A program made the position numbers and the translations under genes. DNA of 64,000 nt. Origin: an uncultured Candidatus Saccharibacteria bacterium. Lineage in GTDB: Bacteria > Patescibacteriota > Minisyncoccia > Phycocordibacterales > SBAW01. Of the stretch, positions 63,078 through 64,000 are shown one piece after another. The stretch is taken from positions 143,235 through 207,234 of the forward strand of contig CAZTNI010000003.1 of the NCBI GenBank assembly GCA_964615415.1, in the 5' to 3' direction. Below the pieces are notes generated by a model. That model did no database searches. It was not told the DNA's origin and saw only the letters and a list, made by a program, of their open reading frames with translations. The stretch's first letter is position 1, and each line of letters begins with the position of its first letter.

Positions 63078-64000
63078 CTAGCGTGAAAGGAGGTATTGCA
63101 CTGCGGCGTCGCGCTGTGGGTCTTTGCCTGCGGTGTAGTCCTCTTGCGAGCGGTCTGCTTCAATGTCTGGCGTAAGACCGCCGTCAGAGATTGATGAGCC
63201 GTTTGGTGTCAGCCAGCGAGCGATCGTGATCTTTAATTCTGCTCCCCCGCCCAAGGACATCAGCTCTTGTACCGAGCCTTTGCCGAAGGTTTTTTTGCCG
63301 ATAAGTTTTGCAACATTGTTTTGCTGCAAGGCGCCTGCCAAGATTTCTGACGCAGATGCAGAGCCTTGGTCTACGAGGATCGCCATTGAAAGATTTTTCC
63401 CGGCAAAAATGTTGTAACCAAGTGAGCGATGGTAAATGTTATCCTCTTTGCCTTGGAAGTCTTCTGCAACAACGACTGCACCTACCGGGAGGAAGAAGCT
63501 AGCCATGTCGACAGCTGCTTCAAGGTAGCCGCCTGGGTTGCCGCGAAGGTCAAGGATCAGCTTTGTCGAGCCTGAGTTTATAAAGTCGCGCAAGGCATTC
63601 CTAAAGAGGTCTGCAGAATTTGCCGAGAAGCTGTAAAGCTCGATAACGTAGATGCCATCGTCGCGCTTGTAGTTGTTAAGTACTGGAATAGAGATCGTAT
63701 CGCGCACAACTGAAATTTCTTTCGGTTCGGTAGAACCTTCGCGCATGATACTTAGTTTTACCGTAGTGCCTTTTTTGCCGCGGATTACCTTTACTGCATC
63801 GTCAACACCCATGCCGTTGGTGAGCTTTCCATCAACTGCAATAATCGCATCGCCGCTTTTAAGCCCTGCTTTTTCTGCGGGCGAGCCTTTAATAGGTGCA
63901 ACAACCACCAGGTTACCGTCACGCAGCCCAAGCTCCATACCAACACCTTCGAATGCACCGCTGATGTCTTCTTTAAATATCTGCGCTTCCTGCGGCGGCA
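63078..64000 (-). CDS. Carboxyl-terminal processing peptidase (S41, CtpA/Prc-like), partial; the N-terminus lies beyond the window end
   Basis: It has a PDZ domain, the LDLRGNPGG motif and a GSASASE Ser nucleophile. The reading frame stays open past 64000. Confidence 0.85.
   Translation of the reverse strand, partial: PPQEAQIFKEDISGAFEGVGMELGLRDGNLVVVAPIKGSPAEKAGLKSGDAIIAVDGKLTNGMGVDDAVKVIRGKKGTTVKLSIMREGSTEPKEISVVRDTISIPVLNNYKRDDGIYVIELYSFSANSADLFRNALRDFINSGSTKLILDLRGNPGGYLEAAVDMASFFLPVGAVVVAEDFQGKEDNIYHRSLGYNIFAGKNLSMAILVDQGSASASEILAGALQQNNVAKLIGKKTFGKGSVQELMSLGGGAELKITIARWLTPNGSSISDGGLTPDIEADRSQEDYTAGKDPQRDAAVQYLLSR

Noticed and set aside
1-64000. CRISPR arrays, rRNA and tRNA genes
   Set aside because: No short direct-repeat/spacer array was seen. 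No region has cloverleaf-consistent T-loop (GTTCGAATC-like) and acceptor pairing, and there is no rRNA-like conserved sequence.

Overview
This 64 kb window is mostly chromosomal housekeeping DNA (about 52% GC), interrupted by several GC-richer patches (about 58-65% GC) of stand-alone genes. Intrinsic terminators throughout share a hairpin-then-TTTTCTTTT(AC) tail; most of the GC-rich genes have their own hairpin, several near-identical to each other. The aminoacyl-tRNA synthetases are unusually short and the pilus locus resembles a competence (com) locus, which may indicate a small-genome bacterium, possibly of the Candidate Phyla Radiation; that is inference only.

Recognisable core genes, in order:
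- Ribonucleotide reductase nrdA/nrdB, split by a divergently transcribed unknown gene.
- A secreted LamG-like protein cotranscribed with a polysaccharide deacetylase + PG-binding + GT2 fusion.
- A comG-like type IV pilus operon: ATPase, platform protein, four prepilin-type proteins (one a 514-aa pilin with beta-propeller repeats), then ung.
- The M13 peptidase gene pepO and alaS.
- infA-rpmJ-rpsM-rpsK-rpsD-rpoA-rplQ with rplM-rpsI appended.
- grpE-dnaK-dnaJ, trpS, an archaeal-type aspS/asnS, pepA, scpA-scpB.
- dacA-like/mraY/ftsW/murG, gltX, an M23 peptidase, an ABC-2 transporter.
- rpmA, rplI, and a partial S41 peptidase at the window end.

Three intergenic loci look like structured non-coding RNAs that I could not classify by eye. 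Each has no credible ORF and its own terminator; two also have a sigma70-like promoter placing the transcription start at a terminal helix, while the third has only a weak putative promoter and no clear end pairing. They are likely housekeeping RNAs (RNase P, tmRNA, SRP or 6S RNA).

The most unusual region is a GC-rich three-gene island between pepO and alaS: a sigma70 region-4 HTH protein, a DGQHR-motif (DndB/ParB-like) protein, and a GTGA-coupled 45-aa basic peptide, bracketed by two near-identical terminators. Other loci worth a look are a P-loop NTPase / SpoT-like HD hydrolase / degenerate Fic cluster, a stand-alone RpoA alpha-CTD paralog, and a minus-strand block of self-terminated genes at 51.7-58 kb.

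No CRISPR array, rRNA or convincing tRNA gene was seen.
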